The translations under genes were made by a program, and so were the position numbers. The notes beneath the pieces were generated by a model. That model saw only the letters and a program-made list of their open reading frames with translations, searched no databases and was not told where the DNA came from. Of a stretch of 64,000 bases of DNA, positions 60,797-64,000 are shown piece by piece. Every line of letters begins with the position of its first letter. The stretch's first letter is position 1. Location of the stretch: assembly GCA_965113315.1 (NCBI GenBank), contig OZ220366.1; one strand, given 5' to 3'. Source of the DNA: Podarcis vaucheri (Eukaryota).

Positions 60797-61353
60797 TGTT
60801 GTCTTTGTCCATGGAGTTTTCTTGGCAGGGATACTGGACTGACTTGCCGGTTCCTCCTCCAGGTGGATCATGTTTGGTCTAAACTCTCCACTATGACCTG
60901 TCCATCTTGGGAGGCCCTGCCTAGCTTCTCTGAGTTATTCAAGCCCCTTCAGACCATAAAGAAGGCTGATCGCTGAAGAATTGATGCTTTTGAATTATGG
61001 TGCTGGAGGAGACTCTTGAGAGTCCCATGGACTGCAAGAAGATCAAACCTCTCCATTCTGAAGGAAATAAGCCCCGAGTGCTCACTGGAAGGACAGATCG
61101 TAAAGCTGAGGCTCCAATACTTTGGCCACCTCATGAGAAGAGAAGACTCCCTGGAAAAGACCCTGATGTTGGGAAAGATGGAGGGCAGAAAGAGAAGGGG
61201 CTGACAGAGGATGAGATGGTTGGATAGTGTGCTCGAAGCTACCAACATGAGTTTGACCAAACTGCAGGAAGCAGTGGAAGACAGGAGTGCCTGGTGTGCT
61301 CTGGTCCATGGGGTCACGAAGAGTCAGACACGACTAAACGACTAAACAACAAC
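60797..61353 (+). mobile_element. BovB-type RTE 3' end joined to a probable inverted 5'-region fragment
   Basis: 60952-61353 matches 47737-48139 and ends in (CAA)n. 60797-60950 resembles antisense BovB 5' sequence as recalled. Flanks atactccttatc / atactctttgtc match 10/12. Confidence 0.85.
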
Positions 61354-61429
61354 ATACTCTTTGTCCACGATGGTCTTCTGGATGTGCTTCCAGAACAACA
61401 CACCAAGCATTTGACTTACTGACACATAG

Positions 61430-61782
61430 GTAAAGGGTAAAGGGACCCTTGGCCATTAGGTCCAGTCATGACCGACTCTGGGGTTGCGGCGCTCATCTCG
61501 CTTTATTGGCCGAGGGAGCCGGCATACAGCTTCCGGGTCATGTGGCCAGCATGAAAAAGCCGCTTCTGGCGAACCAGAGCAGCCATGGAAATGCCGTTTC
61601 CCTTCCCACTGGAGCGGTACCTATTTATCTACTTGCACTTTGATGTGCTTTCGAACTGCTAGGTTGACAGGAGCAGGGACCGAGCAATGGGAGCTCACCC
61701 CGTCACAGGGATTCAAACCACCAACCTTCTGATTGGCAAGTCCTAGGCTCTGTGGTTTAACCCACAGCGCCACCCGCGTCCC
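61430..61782 (-). mobile_element. Sauria SINE, full length
   Basis: Same structure as 8787-9153. 13-bp TSD tactgaca(c/a)atag (61417-61429, 61783-61795). Confidence 0.93.
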
Positions 61783-62158
61783 TACTGACAAATAGAGGCA
61801 AGTTATTTCCATTTACTCTGTTCCACTCTCTAAAAACAAAGTCTAGATTCCATTGCAATCTTTATAATCTTCTGACAACTTTTTTCAAACCAATCTCCTC
61901 CAGCCTAGCAACCTCTAGATGTTTCAGGCTAGAGCTTCCATCAACCCTAGCCAACATGGCAAATAATCAGGGATAATTGGCATTGTATTCAAAAACAACT
62001 GGGGGAAGCTAGACTGGGGGACACTGGTTTAAACCATACTGTTTGTATACCATAGTGTTTGGATAGTGCACATTATTAACCATTATTTGTTGTGGCATCC
62101 TACAGTTGCACAATTCAGTTCCCCAGAAGGTTTGCCAAGCCTGTAGGGTGAATTTATA

Positions 62159-62383
62159 CAGTGGTACCTTGGGTTAAGAACTTAATTCATTCTGTAGGTC
62201 TGAATGAACCTGAAACTGTTCTTAACCTGAAGCACAACTTTATCTAATGGGGCCTCCTGCTGCCGCCGTGCCGTCGGAGCACGATTTCTGTTCTCATCCT
62301 GAAGCAAAGTTCTTAACCCGAGGTAATATTTCTGGGTTAGCGGAGTCCCTAACCCGAAGCGTATGTAATCCGAGGAACCACTG
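62159..62383. mobile_element. Tc1/mariner (Tigger-like) MITE, same family as 10932-11173
   Basis: TIRs cagtggtacct / aggaaccactg, TA on both sides, interior shared with the first copy. Confidence 0.9.
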
Positions 62384-64000
62384 TACATGCATGATGTCTC
62401 TTGGTAACTGCAAATACCAAGCAACAATATGATACTATATGCACAAAATGGATTCTTAACTTCAGAGGTTGATTGTGTGGGTAAGTTTAGTGATTATCTT
62501 GTCCCCTACCTTGAACTTTAGGGGGGAAACATGTTGCAAATCCAAATCAACAATAAAACATTGTGGATAATTTGTGTGTGGTAACTTTCATACTTCCTGT
62601 GGCGGCCCTTTCCAGGAAGGGTAACAGCTCAGAGAAGAAGGCAGTATTGATTCCCAGCACAGCTCCATTTGCTAGCCCACAGAAACCATTGGCTGGTAGG
62701 AACCCCCTTGGAGCAAACTATTTACCTTGGAGAGATCTGTAGTTATGCAGACACTATGGCTAGTTCTGACACCTGCTTCTCCTAATATCTGCCTTATTTA
62801 ACTACCCTGTGCTAATTTCCCTACAATCTTCCACCTGCTGTTTTCTGCTAAAATATTTTGCCTGTCCGTGCAGCTCTAGCCTATCCACAGTAGAGTTGTT
62901 CTTGCCCTTTGGGGCTTTTTGACCAAAGCAGAACCTTTATTACTATGATCATAACTTAAAGCAATGTTTAAAAACAAGGATTTTCTGAATATGAATCCAC
63001 TCCCACCAGCCGCACAATGCTGTGCCTGGGAGTGTTTTGTGGCCACCCAGGGATGAGGGGAGTGTAGGAGGTGAGATTACTTGGCATGCACATGCTCACT
63101 GGTATCTCAGGGGCACAACTGCAGGCTTTATAAGCTTTGGCCATGGCCCTGAGGGCCATTTAGCTTCTATGTGGGTTGAAATGCTATGAGAACTTTTCTT
63201 TTCTTCTGCAAAAGGGCAACGCTGTATTTCTGTTATACAAAAACAAACACAACTGAGTCAGACTGGTGTACTTGACTGTGTGTATGTGTGTGCATGCACT
63301 TGTTTGTGTATGCCTCTGTTACGCTGACTCATCTGCAGTATTTGTATCCTGCCAACAGCTTTAGCTGGGGAGCATCTGGAAGGTGAGCCATTTGGAAGAG
63401 TGTGTACAAAATGAAGGAACATGTTCCAAGTTTTCCACCTTTTCTTTTATCCCAGCTACTTCTGTTCTTTTTATGTCTCGCTCATACCACAGCCGTCGGG
63501 AAGATACAATGGCATTGGGTTGAATAGTTTTCTTCTTCTTCTTCCACTTGTGGTTATAGCAATATTTGCACACACCCTTCACCGTTAATCAGACAATTTA
63601 TTCACATTACAATGTGGCATCTGCTAAGAGATGGGAGAAGAAAAATAGGCTACCTCCATAATTCTTGTTGCGTTTGTCTGTTTTGGGAACAGGGCATCAG
63701 TGGTTATTTTCCTGAGTTCCTGGCTTAGGAGGGATGGAAAACCGTACTTGAATTCACTTGAATCAGTGCAGATTATTTAAACAGTTTTGAGGGGGGTTTT
63801 TTTGGGGGGGAGAAATGCACACACACAAGCACACAGAATTATATTTATGTATGTGCAGGACACTTGCACGTATTTCCTTTTGCCCCATTTGCCTACATAC
63901 ATGCCATAGCTTTCAACTTTTCCCTTTTCTTGCGAGGAATCCTATTCGGAATAAGGGAATTTCCCTTTAAAAATGGGAGACATTGACAGCTATGATACAT

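Overview
AT-rich, repeat-dense vertebrate nuclear DNA. Sauria SINEs, BovB-type RTE, CR1 and Penelope remnants point to a squamate, probably a lacertid lizard (inference from recalled repeat families, no search run). No host protein-coding gene can be called with confidence, so the window reads as a large intron or gene desert, with one 156-nt assembly gap. The main coding feature is a young, 5'-truncated CR1 LINE on the minus strand (14762-18739): a GDSL/SGNH-esterase ORF1 and an endonuclease-RT ORF2 broken by one nonsense codon and one +1 homopolymer slip. A U_UUA_AAC -1 frameshift heptamer lies at the ORF1/ORF2 junction. Other repeats are three Sauria SINEs, two BovB pieces, several L2 fragments, Tc1/mariner and hAT MITEs, and a Penelope remnant carrying a minimal hammerhead ribozyme. 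The most interesting signal is three diverged, co-oriented LTR-like elements (about 38.6-39.2, 41.0-41.7 and 55.5-56.3 kb). Their minus-strand RNA keeps an ENE-like U-rich internal loop and a set of nested, co-varying stems that would fold the poly(A) signal back next to that loop. This is a candidate triple-helix RNA-stabilisation module in a vertebrate retroelement. A few weak exon candidates and motif-dense possible enhancers are also noted.
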